From the NCBI RefSeq assembly GCF_964213995.1, contig NC_135819.1, positions 4,464,001 to 4,528,000 of the forward strand: a stretch of 64,000 bases of DNA, read 5' to 3'. Numbering within the stretch: position 1 is the first letter of the stretch; the number at the start of each line of letters is the position of its first letter. Source of the stretch: Mustelus asterias (taxonomy: Eukaryota). Position numbers and translations under genes: made by a program. Below, piece after piece: positions 12,136 through 25,054 of this stretch. The notes beneath the pieces were generated by a model. That model saw only the letters and a program-made list of their open reading frames with translations. It ran no database searches and was not told the DNA's origin.

Positions 12136-12319
12136 CTGTAAGAAAAGAGCATCATAAAAACAGGTGGAGAAAAACCATAGCGGGAGGCAATGGTCTAATG
12201 GTATTATCATAGAATCCTACAGTGCAGAAGGAGGCCATTCGGCCCGTCAAGTCTGCACCGACCACAATCCCACCCGGGCCCTATCCCGATAACCCCATGC
12301 ATTTACCCTAGCTAGTCCC

Positions 12320-12790
12320 CCTGACACTAAGGGGCAATTTAGCATGGCCAATCCACCTAACCCGCACATCTTTGGACACTAAGGGGCAATTTAGCATGGC
12401 CAATCCACCTAACCCGCACATCTTTGGACACTAAGGGGCAATTTAGCATGCCCAATCCAGCGAACCTGCACATCTTTGGACACTAGGGACAATTTAGCAT
12501 GGCCAATCCACCAAATCCACATATCTTTGGACACTAAGGGTCAATTTAGCATGGCCAATCCACCTAACCTGCACATCTTGGGACACTAAGGGGCAATTTA
12601 GCATGGCCAATCCACCTAACCCGCACATCTTTGGACACTAAGGGGCAATTTAGCATGGCCAATCCACCTAACCCGCACATCTTTGGACACTAAGGGGCAA
12701 CTTAGCATGGCCAATCCACCTAACCTGCACATCTTTGGACACTAAGGGGCAATTTAGCATGAGCAATGCACCCTAACCTGCACACCTTTG
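12320..12790 (-). repeat. Tandem array of the 52-bp SINE-internal unit (about 9 copies) inside an antisense SINE
   Basis: ggacactaaggggcaatttagcatggccaatccacctaacccgcacatcttt repeated. Confidence 0.92.
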
Positions 12791-14596
12791 GACTGTGGGA
12801 GGAAACCGGAGCACCTGGAGGAAGCCCACACAGACATGGGGAGAATGTGCAAACTCCACACAGTCACCCAAGGCCGGAATCGAACCCAGCTCCCTGGCGC
12901 TGTGAGGCAGCAGTGCTTACCACTGTGTTGCCATGCTGCCCAATTTATTGCGAGACTTTTCTTCCAGAAACATTCTTTCTCACTCAAGACATAATTCACC
13001 TAAGAAATTGACTGGTTTACAATATCCCAGCGGTCACTAAATAGTCAAGAAACAACATGCAGCCCACCTCAGCCTGATAATGAGCCAAGCACACCAGTAG
13101 GACCCGGTCTGTCTGATGTCTGCCTGATAATGAGTCAAGCACACCAGTAGGACCCTGTCTGTCTGATGTCTGCTCGATGCTGAGTTAGGCAATCCCAGCT
13201 AGGGCACCCTGAACCTCAGTTCCCCTTAGCTAGGGCAGGTAAGGTTCCTGATCATTATCCAGCAATCCCTGCTTCCAAAGTAGGATCAAACTTGGCAATA
13301 TTGGTCCCCCATTGCTGGATGGCCTGCTAATGCCCACTGTCCCTATCCTCAGGTGAAGACCAGACACTCGGGAAAGATCACAGATCAGCAGAGAAGGCAG
13401 CCATTCGGCCCATCATGCCTGTGCTAGCTATCTGGCAGAGCTATCCAATTGATCTCACTTCCCCTCCACCTCCCCCCCCCACCCCACCCCCCAAACCTGC
13501 ACCTTCTCTTTCCCCCAGCAAATTCTTTTTAAAATATTTTTTCATGGGATATGGGCATCGCTGGCGAGGCCAAATTTATTGCCCTCGGAAAGCTGGCAAT
13601 GAGCAATCAAACCCACATGGTTGTTGGTGAACCCACGGAGCTGCTAGTTTTCAAGTACGTAACCAATTCCCTTCTGAAAGTTAGGATTGTATCTGCTTTC
13701 AGGTGGCGCATTCTAGATCACAAGCACTTGGAGTGGCACGGTGGCACAGTGGTTAGCACTGCTGCCTCACAGCGACAGGGATCCAGGTTCGATTCCCGGC
13801 TTGGGTGACTCTCTGTGTGGAGTCTGCTCGTTCTCCCCTGAGTCTGCGTGGGTTTACCCCGGGTGCTCCGGTTTCCTCCCACAGTCCGAAAGACATGCTG
13901 GTTAGTGTGCATTGGCCATGCTAAATTCTCCCTCAGTGTACCTGAACAGGCACCGGAGTGTGGCGACTAGGGAAATTTCACAATAACTTCATTGCAATGT
14001 TAATGTAAGTTTAAGTTTAAGTTTATTTATTAGTGTCACAAGTAGGCTTACATTAACACTGCAATGAAGTTACTGTGGGTTTCCTCCGGGTGTTCCGGGG
14101 CAGCACAGTAGCACTGTGGTTAGCACTGCTGCTTCACAGCGCCAGGGACCCAGGTTCGCTTCCCAGCTTGGGTCACTGGCTGTGCGGAGTTTGCACGTTC
14201 TCCCCGTGTCTACGTGGGTTTCCTCCGGGTGCTCCAGTTTTCTCCTACATTCTGAAAGACGTGCTGGTTAGGGTGCATTGACCCAAACAGGTGTCGGAGT
14301 GTGGCGACTCGGGGAATTTCACAGTAACTTCATTGCAGTGTTAATGTAAGCCTTAATTGTGATGAATAAATAAACTTCAATTTTAACTTTTTCCTCCCAC
14401 AGTCCGAAAGATGTGCTGGTTAGGGTGCATTGGCCGTGCTAAATTCTCCCTCAGTGTACCCGAACAGGCGCCAGAGTGTAGCGGATTTTCACAGTAACGT
14501 AATTGCAGTGTTAATGTAAGCCTACTTGGGACACTGATGAATAAACTTTAAACTTAAAACTTACTGCATGAAAAAGACTCGAGACAATGTTTAAAA

Positions 14597-14842
14597 GCAA
14601 ATTACTGCGGACGCTGGAATCTGAAACCAACAGAGAAAATGCTGAAAAATCTCAGCAGGTCTGGCGGCACCTGTAAGGAGAGAAAAACGCTGACGTTTCG
14701 AGTCCAGATGACCCTTTGACAAAGCACAAAGCAGGCGTCAGCTTTGACAAAGAGTCAACAGGACTCGAAACTTCAGCTCTTTTCTCTCCTTACAGGTGCC
14801 GCCAGACCTGCTGAGATTTTCCAGCGTTTTCTCTTTTGGTTT
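14597..14842. mobile_element. Inverted (hairpin) pair of pLTR-like fragments from a second, probably Penelope-related, family
   Basis: About 14623-14725 is the reverse complement of about 14741-14842; contains the ttgacaaag(g/a)gtca..ggactcgaaac hammerhead-like motif. Related pieces near 4490-4570, 19660-20195 and 21235-21360. Confidence 0.6.
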
Positions 14843-14939
14843 GAGAAAATGTTTGGTGCATGCCCAGGTTTAATTGGGCAAAGAATCAGCACCAAGGAGG
14901 GAAAGTGAGAATTGGTCATCCTATCTGTACAGCACTTAC

Positions 14940-15239
14940 ATGAAACCTGGAGCTGTAGAGTCTTCGGTATCCTTGTATTTTCATGAGTGATGTAGCAGTT
15001 GATGAATTTACTGTGGTCGTTCGCTTGTGGCACAAATGCGATCATGGACATAGCATTGAAGCTTCCATCACAACGAGTTTCGACAGATACCAGAGAGCTT
15101 GGCTGCAGCTTCTCCTTGCCTGCATACCAATCCACCAGAATCTTTTTCGGATAAAACCTGATTATATTCAAGTACAGAATGGCAGGCTTGTTCTCTTCCA
15201 GTGGTGTGCTCAGGAATGAAACCTGAGAAATGGAGACAG
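14940..15239 (-). CDS. IgSF receptor, C1-set-like Ig domain exon (no B-strand Cys)
   Basis: Acceptor ttttctcttttgttgtttaag, donor T|gtaagt, 300 nt, phase 1-1. Motifs FYP..I.V.W, DGSF...S and C.ITH are C1-set hallmarks. Confidence 0.88.
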
Positions 15240-15312
15240 CTTAAACAACAAAAGAGAAAAGTATTAAAGCGCTTTGTTGGACGCGGGAATTTCACAGTAA
15301 CTTCGCTGCAGT

Positions 15313-16000
15313 GGGCGATAACTTCAGTCAGGCAAATGGCCTGCTGGAGTATGAACTTCCTGATTGAGTCCCTTTGCCTGGTGTGGAGGGGGGCTGGGGG
15401 AGGGGGCGGGTCGGGAGGACGACCTCCTCCTGGGCCTGGCGAGGAGTGCCATCAATAGGTCCAGGCAGCAGGCGATCGACGGGGTCATCCATCCTGACTG
15501 TCTGCCCCTCTACCGCGGCTATATTCATGGCCAGGTGTCCCTAGAGAGGGAGCATGCGGTGTCCACGGGCACAGTTCACGCCTTCCGTGCCCGCTGGGCA
15601 CCGCAGGGGCTGGGGTGTATTATAGAACCCGACAATCACATTTTAATTTGATGTTTTAAGTTTCCTTTCTGCTTTTTGGTTTGGGCTGTTCCCCCTCCTT
15701 TTGGGGAGCTGCCCTTTTTGATTTGTCCCTTAGTTAAATTTGATTTTGTCGAATTTGTTGGTACACAAAAATAAGTCCCTGATTGAGTCCGGGACACTAA
15801 AAGATATCCCTGATTGGGCCATTAATTAGGACTCAATCAGGGAGCCTCATGTTCCCTATTTAAAGCAGGTGTGTCAGTCTCTCTGCCTGCTGAAGCGGGG
15901 AACACACAGGGAGCACACAGGGATCACACTGTTGTATAGTATGCCTTGCAAATAAAGGAACTTTTGATGACGGGACCTTCGCCTCTGTGGAGTTATTACA
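15313..16000 (+). mobile_element. Solo LTR inserted in a SINE tail, itself interrupted by a Tx1/L1-like 3' fragment (about 15372-15775)
   Basis: TATA-like tatttaaag, AATAAA and a ...agttattaca end, flanked by cagtg. The inner insert encodes LLLGLARSAINRSR...VSLEREHAVSTG..AFRARWAP with a T-rich tail and is flanked by a cctgattgagtcc duplication. Confidence 0.6.
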
Positions 16001-16629
16001 CAGTGTTAATTTAAGCCTCACTTGTGACTAATAAATAAACTTTAACTTTTTACTTTGAAGTAACCCAGCTGTCAGCTCATACATTCAAAGAACAAAGAAA
16101 ATTGCAGCACAGGAACAGGCCCTTCGGCCCTCCAAGCCTGCGCCGACCATCCTTGCATTTGGACTAAAACCCCTTCTGGGGACCGTATCCCTCTATTCCC
16201 ATCCTATTCATGTATTTGTCAAGATGCCCCTTAAAAGTCACAGAACCACAGAATAATTCATTAGGTGTCCGGTTTAAATTTAAGATTACTGTTTGTAAAA
16301 AGTTGGGAACGTATATTTGTTCTGGTGTCACAACAGTCGTTCTCCATCTCTCATAGATTCAGAGGCGTTTACAGCATAGAAGGAGGCCCTGCGGCCCATC
16401 ATATCTGCGCCAGTCAACAAGGATCTGACTACACTGATCCCATTTTCCAGTGTTTGGCCATAGCCCTGGAAATTACGGCAGTTCATCCCGATGGCCACCT
16501 ATTCTCTCTGCGTGTGTTATTCATGGACGAATGATCTATTCACTGAAGCAGCCAGTACAGTTCCAATCTGATAGACACCCAGAAAGGTTAATGCTTCTGA
16601 GGAATAGCTCTCGATAGAAGGATTACCTT

Positions 16630-17172
16630 TTCTCATAGATTCAGAGATGTTTACAGCACAGAAGGAGGCCATTCAGCCCATCGTGTCCATGGCAGTCAAC
16701 AAGGATCTGACTACACTCATCCCATTCCCCAGCACTTAGCCCATAGTCCTGGAGGTTACGGCTGCGCAAGTGAATATCTAAGTAAATATCTTCAATGTTA
16801 CGAGAGTTTCTGACTCCACTATCCTTTCAGGCAGTGAGTTCCAGACTCCCACCACTCTCTGGATGAAAAAGTTTCTCCTCAATTCCCCTCTTAGCCTTCT
16901 ACATCTCACCTTAAACCTCTACCCCCTCTGGTCATTGACCCCTCCACTCATGGAAAAAGTGCCTTCTTATCCACCCCATCCCTCTCAGCCTTCTCTGCTC
17001 CAAGGAACACAGCCACGGCCTATCCAATCTCTCCTCATAGCTCAGACGCTCCAGCCCAGGCTGGTGAACCTCCTCTCCAGTGCAATCACATCCTTCCTAT
17101 AAGGTGGCGACCAGAACTACACACAGTACTCCAGTTGTGGCCTAACCAGTGTTTTATACAGTTCCAGCATGA
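16630..17172 (-). mobile_element. Degenerate CR1 3' fragment
   Basis: LVRPQLEYCV.FWSP-type sequence and CR1 3' UTR on the minus strand. Confidence 0.7.
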
Positions 17173-18009
17173 CCTCCCAGCTCTCATCTCACTCCGTGCT
17201 GAAGCCACTGGGTCATGCCAGGCGATGATAGCAAGACTACCGTGCCCATCTGCACCCTCACCCAAACAGCTTGGTCGACACCCATGGACACTGAGTTGCT
17301 GTATATTTTCCAATCACAACCTGTTGGATTGTGTCCTCGTAATCAGGTCATAGGTGGCACGGTTCGCACTGCTGCCTCACAGCGCCAGGGACTCAGGTAC
17401 ACGTTCTCCCCGTGTCTGCATGGGTTTCCTCCGGGTGCTCTGGTTTCCTCCCACAGTCCAAAGATGTGTGGGTTAGGTGGATTGGCCATGCTAAATTGTC
17501 CTTAGTGTCAGGGATTAGCAGGGTAAATATGTGAGGCTATGGAGATAGGGCCTGGAATGGATTGTGGTTGGTACAGACTCAATAGACCGAATAGTCCTGC
17601 AGAAGTTAATGGGCAGCTACTGATAACAACTGTTGGTTTGAGTCTTTCTTACTTGGTGCATAGATTAGCAACCTTCCTGCCGAGAGAGGACTCACTGAGC
17701 TTCACTGGTCCAATGGGCCATAGTGGGACAACAGCAAAGGCACTGGGTACGATGGGCAGTCGCTATTCAGTGAACCCTGACATTGGCACTTGTGTTCTGT
17801 GTCAATCGAGTGTGAAATTACTGTTTCTTCCTGTGTTGCGCGACTGGTGGCCACAATGCTGTGGTCTCCTCTCCTGGATACAGTCCTGGTTCACCGTCAG
17901 TTTCTCCTTTGTGTGGCCATCTGTTCGCAGAAGCTAAAAACCAAATATTGCGCTGGGAAAACTGAGACTGCCATTCTGGGAACAACCGGCATCCTGTCCT
18001 GTTTAAAAA

Positions 18010-19445
18010 CATGTCCAGAGGACTGGAAAGGAGCTAATATAACACCGCTGTTTAAGAAGGGAAGGAGGCAGCAAACGGGAAATTATAGGCCGGTTAGCCT
18101 GACTTCGGTCGTTGGCAAGATTTTAGAGTCCATTATTAAAGATGAGATCGCAGAGTACTTGGAAGTGCATGATAAAGTAGGACTGAGTAAGCACGGCTTT
18201 GTCAAGGGAGGTCATGTCTGTCAAATCTGTTAGAGTTCTTTGAGGAGATAACAAGGAAGTTAGATAAAGGAGAACCAGTGGACGTGATTTATTTAGATTT
18301 CCAGGAGGCCTTTGACAAGGTGCCGCATAGGAGGCTGTTAAATAAGTTAAGTGCCCATGGTGTTAAGGACAAGATCCTGGCATGGATAGAGGATTGGCTG
18401 ACTGGCAGAAGGCAGAGAGTGGGGATAAAGGGGTCTTTCTCAGGATAGCAGCCGGTGACTAGTGGTGTGCCTCAGGGGTCGGTGCTGGGACCACAACTTT
18501 TCACAATATACATTAACGATTTGGAAGAAGGAACTGAAGGCACTGTTGCTAAGTTTGCAGATGATACAAAGATATGTAGAGGGACAGGTAGTATTGAGGA
18601 AGCAGGGGGGCTGCAGAAGGACTTGGACAGGTTAGGAGAATGGGCAAAGAAATGGCAGATGGAATACAATGTGGAAAAGTGGGAGGTTATGCACTTTGGA
18701 AGGAGGAATGGAGGCATAGACTATTTTCTAAATGGGAAAATGCTTCGGAAATCAGAAACACAAAGGTTAACGTGCAGGTTCAGTCGGCAGTTAGGAAGGT
18801 AAATGCAATGTTAGCATTCATGTTGAGAGGGCTAGAGTACAAGAGCAGGGATGTACTTCTGAGGCTGTATAAGGCTCTGGTCAGACCCTATTTGGAGTAT
18901 CGTGAGCTGTTTTGGGACCCATATCTAAGGAAGGATGTGCTGACCTTGGAAAGGGTCCAGAGGACGTTCACAAGAATGATCCCTGGAATGAAGAGCTTGT
19001 CGTATGAGGAATGGTTGAGGACTCTGGGTCTGTACTCGTTGGAGTTTGGAAGGATGAGAGGAGATCTTATTGAAACTTACAGGATACTGCGAGGCCTGGA
19101 TAGAGTGGACATGGAGAGGATGTTTCCACTAGTAGGAAAAACTAGAACCAGAGGGCACAACCTCAGGCTGAAGGGACGATCCTTTAAAACAGAGATGAGG
19201 AGGAATTTCTTCAGCCAGAGAGTGGTGAATCTGTGGAACTCTTTGCCGCAGAAGGCTGTGGAGGCCAGGTCATTGAGTGTCTTTAAGACAGAGATGGATA
19301 GGTTCTTGATTAATAAGAGGATCAGGGCGTTATGAGAAAAGGCAGGAGAATGGGGATGAGAAAAATATCAGCCATGATTGAATAGCAGAGCAGTCTCGAT
19401 GGGCCGAGTGGCCTAATTTTGCTCCTATGTCTTATGGTCTTATGG
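18010..19445 (+). mobile_element. CR1-type LINE ORF2 3' portion
   Basis: RT motifs NYRPVSLTS, GVPQGSVLGP, FADDTK, CR1 C-terminus and tandem tatggtct tail. Confidence 0.92.
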
Positions 19446-20759
19446 TCTAGGTGCATTGGCCGTGCAAAATACTCCCTCAGTACCCAAACAGGCGTCGGAG
19501 TGTGGCGACTAGGGGATTTTCACAGTCACTTCATTGCAGTGTTAATGCAATGTGATACTAATAAATAAACTTTAAAACTTTAAACTTTAAGCATCAGACA
19601 GTACTGAACGCTGCCCTCCAATATCAAACATCCCAGGATACATTATTTCCAAAAATAAAAGCAAATCGCTGCAGAATCTGGAAATCTGAAATAAAAACAG
19701 ACAATTGCTGGATAAATTCAGCGGCTGGAATGTTACAGCCTTGCCCGTCCCGAAACGTGTGGAATTCACTCCCACAGAAAGTAGTTGAGGCCAAAACATT
19801 GTGTGATTTCAAGAAGAAATTAGATATCGCTCTTGGGGCCAGAGGGATCAAGGGATATGGAGGGAAGAGGGATCAGGATATTGAATTCGATGATCAGCTG
19901 TGATCAAGATGAATGGCGGAGCAGGATCGAAGGGCCGAATGGCCTCCTCCTGCTTCTAGTTTCTATGAAACAGTAAAATCCCGCCCGGGTTAAAGGGACT
20001 TTCCCATGTCTGCCCCTCGCCCGCTCCGATTCCTGTGGCGGGTGGGGCGCTAAAATTCCGGCGAGCCGGTCTGTGGAGAGAGAAACAGAGTAAATGCTTC
20101 GAGTCTGGTTACATGGACGCGAAAAGTTAACTCTGCCTCTCTCTCAACACAGACGCTGCCAGATCTGCTGAGGTTTTCCAGCATTTTTCTGGTTCAGTGG
20201 AAATTAGTCCCTACTTTGAAAGCCTCTCTTCCATCCAAATAGGCAACATAGAATCCCTACAGTGCAGAAGGAGGCCATTCAGCCCATCGAGTCTGCACCG
20301 ACCACAATCCCACCCTGGCCCTATCCCCATAACCCCATGCATTTACCCTAGCTAGTCCCCCTGACATTAAGGGGCAATTTGCCAATTCACCTAACCTGTG
20401 CATCTCATAACCCCACATATTCGCCCCGTTAATCCCTCTAACCCCATGCATCCCGGGACACTAAGGGGCAATTTAGCACAGCCAGTCCACCCAACCTTCA
20501 CATCTTTGGACACAAAGGGACAATTTAGCATGGCCAGTCCACCCAACCTGCACACCTTTGGACTGTGGGAGGAAAACGGAGCACCCGGAGGAAGCCCATG
20601 CAGACATGGGGAGAACGCGCAGACTCCACACAGACAGTGACCCCATCCGGGAATCGAACCTGGGTCCCTAGTGTTGTGAGGCAGCGGTGCTAACCACTAT
20701 GCCACTGTGCCACCCCGATGGCTGCACAGTCACTATGGGGACCTGATTTCAGCACTCAC

Positions 20760-21152
20760 CTTTGATAATCAGCTGTGATATGTCAGGCTCTCTTTTATAT
20801 CCAATTCTGGAACAGAAATAGAATCCAGCATCTGACCCGATTAATCCTCTGATGTGCAGTTGGGCAGTGTGAAGGGAAATTATTGAGCTCGAATAATGAA
20901 AAAAGGAAGCACATCGGTTTAAATCGGAGGTGTTTGCAATGATTGCGACCCTTTTTCGGTCATTGGCGTGTTTGTAATATGACCATTGCAGGGATGACAT
21001 CTCAGCCACCTTTGCTTTGGAGAATTGTGTAGATATTTTGGGTGCCAAAGTCGGTTTCTGGATGGCATCTGCGTACTTGCAGCTGATTACCACATCTTTG
21101 TTTAGTTCACCAGAGATTACCTTCTTAAGTTGTGCATTGCTACCAATGTTCC
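20760..21152 (-). CDS. IgSF receptor, N-terminal V-set Ig domain exon
   Basis: Acceptor ttttaatttgtattccag, donor AAA G|gtgagt, 393 nt open, phase 1-1. VVISC...LQW...AQLHIRGLIGSDAGFYFC matches the V-set D-x-G-x-Y-x-C motif. Confidence 0.9.
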
Positions 21153-21749
21153 CTGGAATACAAATTAAAATTTACAGCGGGATAGAACGGGCATTTAAAT
21201 AAAATAATCACAGCGCACGCCATCACATGACCAAAGCAAAATAACGCAGATGCTGAAAATCTACAACATAAATAGAAAATGCTGGAAATACTCAGCAGGT
21301 CAGGCAGTATCTGTGGAGGGAGGACCAGAGTTTGTTTCAGGCCTGTTTCATCAGAACCTTTCATTTAAACGATCAATTTTAAAAAATGTATTCATGGGAC
21401 ATGGGTGTCGCTGACTGGGCCAGTATTTATTGCCCATCCCTAGTCGCCCTTGAACTGAGTGGCTTGCTGGGCCATTCCAGAGGGCAGTTAAGAGTCAACC
21501 ACATTGCAGCATGGTGGCACAGTGGTTAGCACTGCTGTCTCAGAGCGCCAGGGACCCGGGTTCAATTCCCGGCTTGGGTCACTGTCTGTGTGGAGTTTGC
21601 ACATTCTCCCCCATGTCTGCGTGGGTTTCCTCCGGGTGCTCCGGTTTCCTCCCACAGTCCGAAAGACGTGCTGGTTAGGTGCGTTGACCTGAACAGGCGC
21701 CGGAGTGTGGCGACTAGGGGAATTTCACAGTAACTTCATTGCAGTGTTA

Positions 21750-23443
21750 ATAGAACATAGAACAGTACAGAACAGTACAGGCCCTTCGGCCCTCGATGTT
21801 GTGCCGCGCTTTGCCCGAAACCAAGATCAAGCTATCTCACTCCCTATCATCCTGGTGTGCTCCATGTGTCTATCCAATAACCGCTTGAAAGTTCCTAAAG
21901 TGTCCGACTCCACTATCAAAGCAGGCAGTCCATTCCACACCCCAACCACTCTCTGAGTGAAGAACCTTCCTCGGACATCCCTCCTGTATCTCCCACCATG
22001 AACCTTATAGTTATGCCCCCTAGTAATAGCAACATCCACCCGAGGAAATAGTCTCTGAACGTCCACTCTATCTATCCCCCTCATCATCTTATAAACCTCT
22101 ATTAAGTCGCCTCTCATCCTCCTCCGCTCTAAAGAGAAAAGCCCTAGCTCCCTCAACCTTTCCTCACAAGACCTACCCTCCAAACCAGGCAGCATCCTGG
22201 TAAATCTCCTTTGCACTCTTTCCAATGCTTCCGCATCTTTCTTATAGTGAGGTGACCAGAACTGCACACAATATTCCAAATGTGGTCTCACCAAGGTCCT
22301 GTACAGTTGCAGCATAACCCCACGGCTCTTAAACTCAAACCCCCTGTTAATAAACGCTAACACACTATAGGCCTTCTTCACGGCTCTATCCACTTGAGTG
22401 GCAACCTTCAGAGATCTGTGGATATGAACGCCAAGATCTCTCTGTTCCTCCACATTCCTCAGAACCCTGCCGTTGACCCTGTAATCCGCATTCAAATTTG
22501 TCCTACCAAAATGAATCACCTCACTTATCAGGATTAAATTCCATCTGTCATTTTTCAGCCCAGCTCTGCATCCTATCAATGTCTCTTTGCAGCCTACAAC
22601 AGCCCTCCACCTCATCCACTACTCCACCAATCTTGGTGTCATCAGCAAATTTCCTGACCCACCCTTCAGCCCCCTCCTCCAAATCATTGATAAAAATCAC
22701 AAATAGCAGAGGACCCAACATTGATCCCTGTGGTACACTGCTGGTAACTGGTCTCCAGTCTGAAAATTTTCCATCCACCACCACCCTCTGTCTTCTATGA
22801 GATTGTAAGAAGTTTAACAACACCAGGTTAAAGTCCAACAGGTTTATTTGGTAGCAAAAGCCACACAAGCTTTCGGAGCTGCAAGCCCCTTCTTCAAGTG
22901 AGTGGGAATTCTGTTCACAAACAGAGCATATAAAGACACAAACTCAATTTACATGAATAATTGTTGGAATGCGAATACTTACAACTAATCAAGTCTTTAA
23001 GAAACCTCTATGAGATTGCCAGTTACTTATCCAATCAGCCAAATCTCCCTCTATCCCACACCTCCTTACTTTCTTCATGCGCCGACCATGGGGAACCTTA
23101 TCAAACGCCTTACTAAAATCCATGTATACAACATCAACTGCTCTATCTTCATCTACACACCTAGTTACCTCCTCAAAGAATTCAATCAAATCTGTGAGGC
23201 AAGACTTACCCTTCACGAATCCATGTTGACTATCCCGGATTAAGCTGCATCTTTCCAAATGGTCATAAATCCTATCCCTCAGGACCTTTTCCATTAACTT
23301 ACCGACCACCGAAGTAAGACTAACTGGCCTATAATTACCAGGGTCATTCCTATTTCCTTTCTTGAACAGAGGAACAACATTCGCCACTCTCCAGTCCTCT
23401 GGCACTATCCCCGTGGACAGTGAGGACCCAAAGATCAAAGCCA
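21750..23443 (-). mobile_element. CR1-type LINE 3' portion, interrupted by a Penelope pLTR fragment (22806-23006)
   Basis: RT motifs in ORFs 21827-23444. The insert matches the Penelope 3' end and is flanked by a 12-bp TSD tctatgagattg (22794-22805, 23007-23018). Confidence 0.9.
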
Positions 23444-24269
23444 TGTGTCTAATAAATAAATAAACTTTAAACTTTATTGCTGTGGCACTGGAGTCACATA
23501 TAGGTCAGACCAGGTAAGGACAGCAGATTTCCTTCCCTAAAGGACCATAGTGAATCAGATAGGTTTTTCTGACAATCGACAATGGTTTCATGGTCATCAA
23601 CAGATTCCTAATTCCAGATTTTTTTGATTGAATTCAAATTCTACCATCTGCCATGGCGCGATTCAAACCTGGGTCCCCATGAGTTGAGTTTCTGGATTAA
23701 TAGTCTAGCAATAATACCACTCGGCCATTGCCTCCCCGATAATTGGCTAAGATAATGCACCTTCAGATCACCATGTATTCATGAAAAGTGAACTTTCATA
23801 GAATCCCTACAGTGCAGAAGGAGGCCATTCTGCCCAACGAACCTGGACCAACTCTCGGACAGTATTTTACCCAGACTTTATCCCCATAACCCCACTAATC
23901 CCTCCAACCTACGCATTTTCGGACACTAAGGGGCAATTTAGCATGGCCAATGCATCTAACCTGCATGTCTTTGGACTGTGGGAGGAAACTGGAGCACCCG
24001 GAGGAAATCCATGCAGACACAGGGAGAATGTCTGTAGGAGTTTGCACAGTCACCGAGGTCAGAATTGAACCTGGGTCCCTGGCGCTGTGAGGCAGCAGTG
24101 CTAACCACTGTGCCACCGTGCCGCCCAGAATCAATCTCAGGTGATCCTCAATAGCACAGAGGATGCACAACAATCACTCTGTGTCGGGAGCTGCCTCAGA
24201 GTGCGTTCCTTAATGATTGCACTGTTTCCTAAACCATTCACAACTCCTTAGCTACTAAAGCAGCCCGTG

Positions 24270-24930
24270 CCCATATGCAGCAAGAATTGGGCAACATTAA
24301 GGTGGTAAATGACGCACACAAGTGCCACGCAATGACCATCCACAAGAAGAAGAAATGTAACCATCTCTCTTTGATACTCAATGGCATTTCCATCACTGAA
24401 CAACTACCATCAACATCCTGGGGATTACCATTTCCCAGACGTCTAACTGGAGCAGCTATATAAATACTGTGGCTACAGGGACAAGTCAGAGGCCAGGAAT
24501 ACTGCAGCGAGTAACTCACCTCCTGACTCCCCAGAACCCATCCACCATTCATATTCAGGAGTGCGATGGAATGTTCTCATGCCTTGCCTGGATGAGTGTG
24601 GCTCAAACAAGACTCAAAAAACTTGACAAAGTCCAGGACAAAGCAGCCTGATCTATTGGCACCCCCTCCACCATATTAAACATTCAATTCCTCCGCCAAC
24701 GATAAACATTAACAGCAACGTGTACCACAAATGAGTTGAACTCAGCAATTCACCAATACTCTCTTTATAGCACTTTGCAAACCTACCACCTCCACCACCT
24801 GGAACGAGAAAGGCAAAGGATACAAGAGAACACCACTGCCTGCAAGTTCCCCTCCAAGTCATACACTATCCTGACTTGGAAATATATTGCTGTTCCTTCA
24901 CTGTTGCTGGGTCAAATTCCTGGAACTCCC
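24270..24930 (+). mobile_element. Degenerate non-LTR retrotransposon 3' region (likely partner LINE of the second SINE family)
   Basis: Broken ORF QRPGILQRVTHLLTPQ....LAWMS...LKKLDKVQDKAA resembles an RT thumb region; clade not assigned. Confidence 0.55.
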
Positions 24931-25054
24931 TTCATAGAATCACAGAATCCCTACAGCGCAGAAGAAGGCCATTTGGCCCATCGAGCCTGCACTGACAATA
25001 ATCCCACCCAGGCCTGATCCCCGTAACTCCATACATTTACCCTGTTGATCCCCC

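Noticed and set aside
17590-18010. Unique island between the V and C1 exons as an additional Ig exon
   Set aside because: No open phase-1 frame of domain length on the minus strand and no canonical Ig motif.
20700-21200. Recombination signal sequences around the V exon
   Set aside because: No heptamer-spacer-nonamer found adjacent to the exon, and the exon includes its own G strand and splice donor; cacagtg hits elsewhere are SINE heads.
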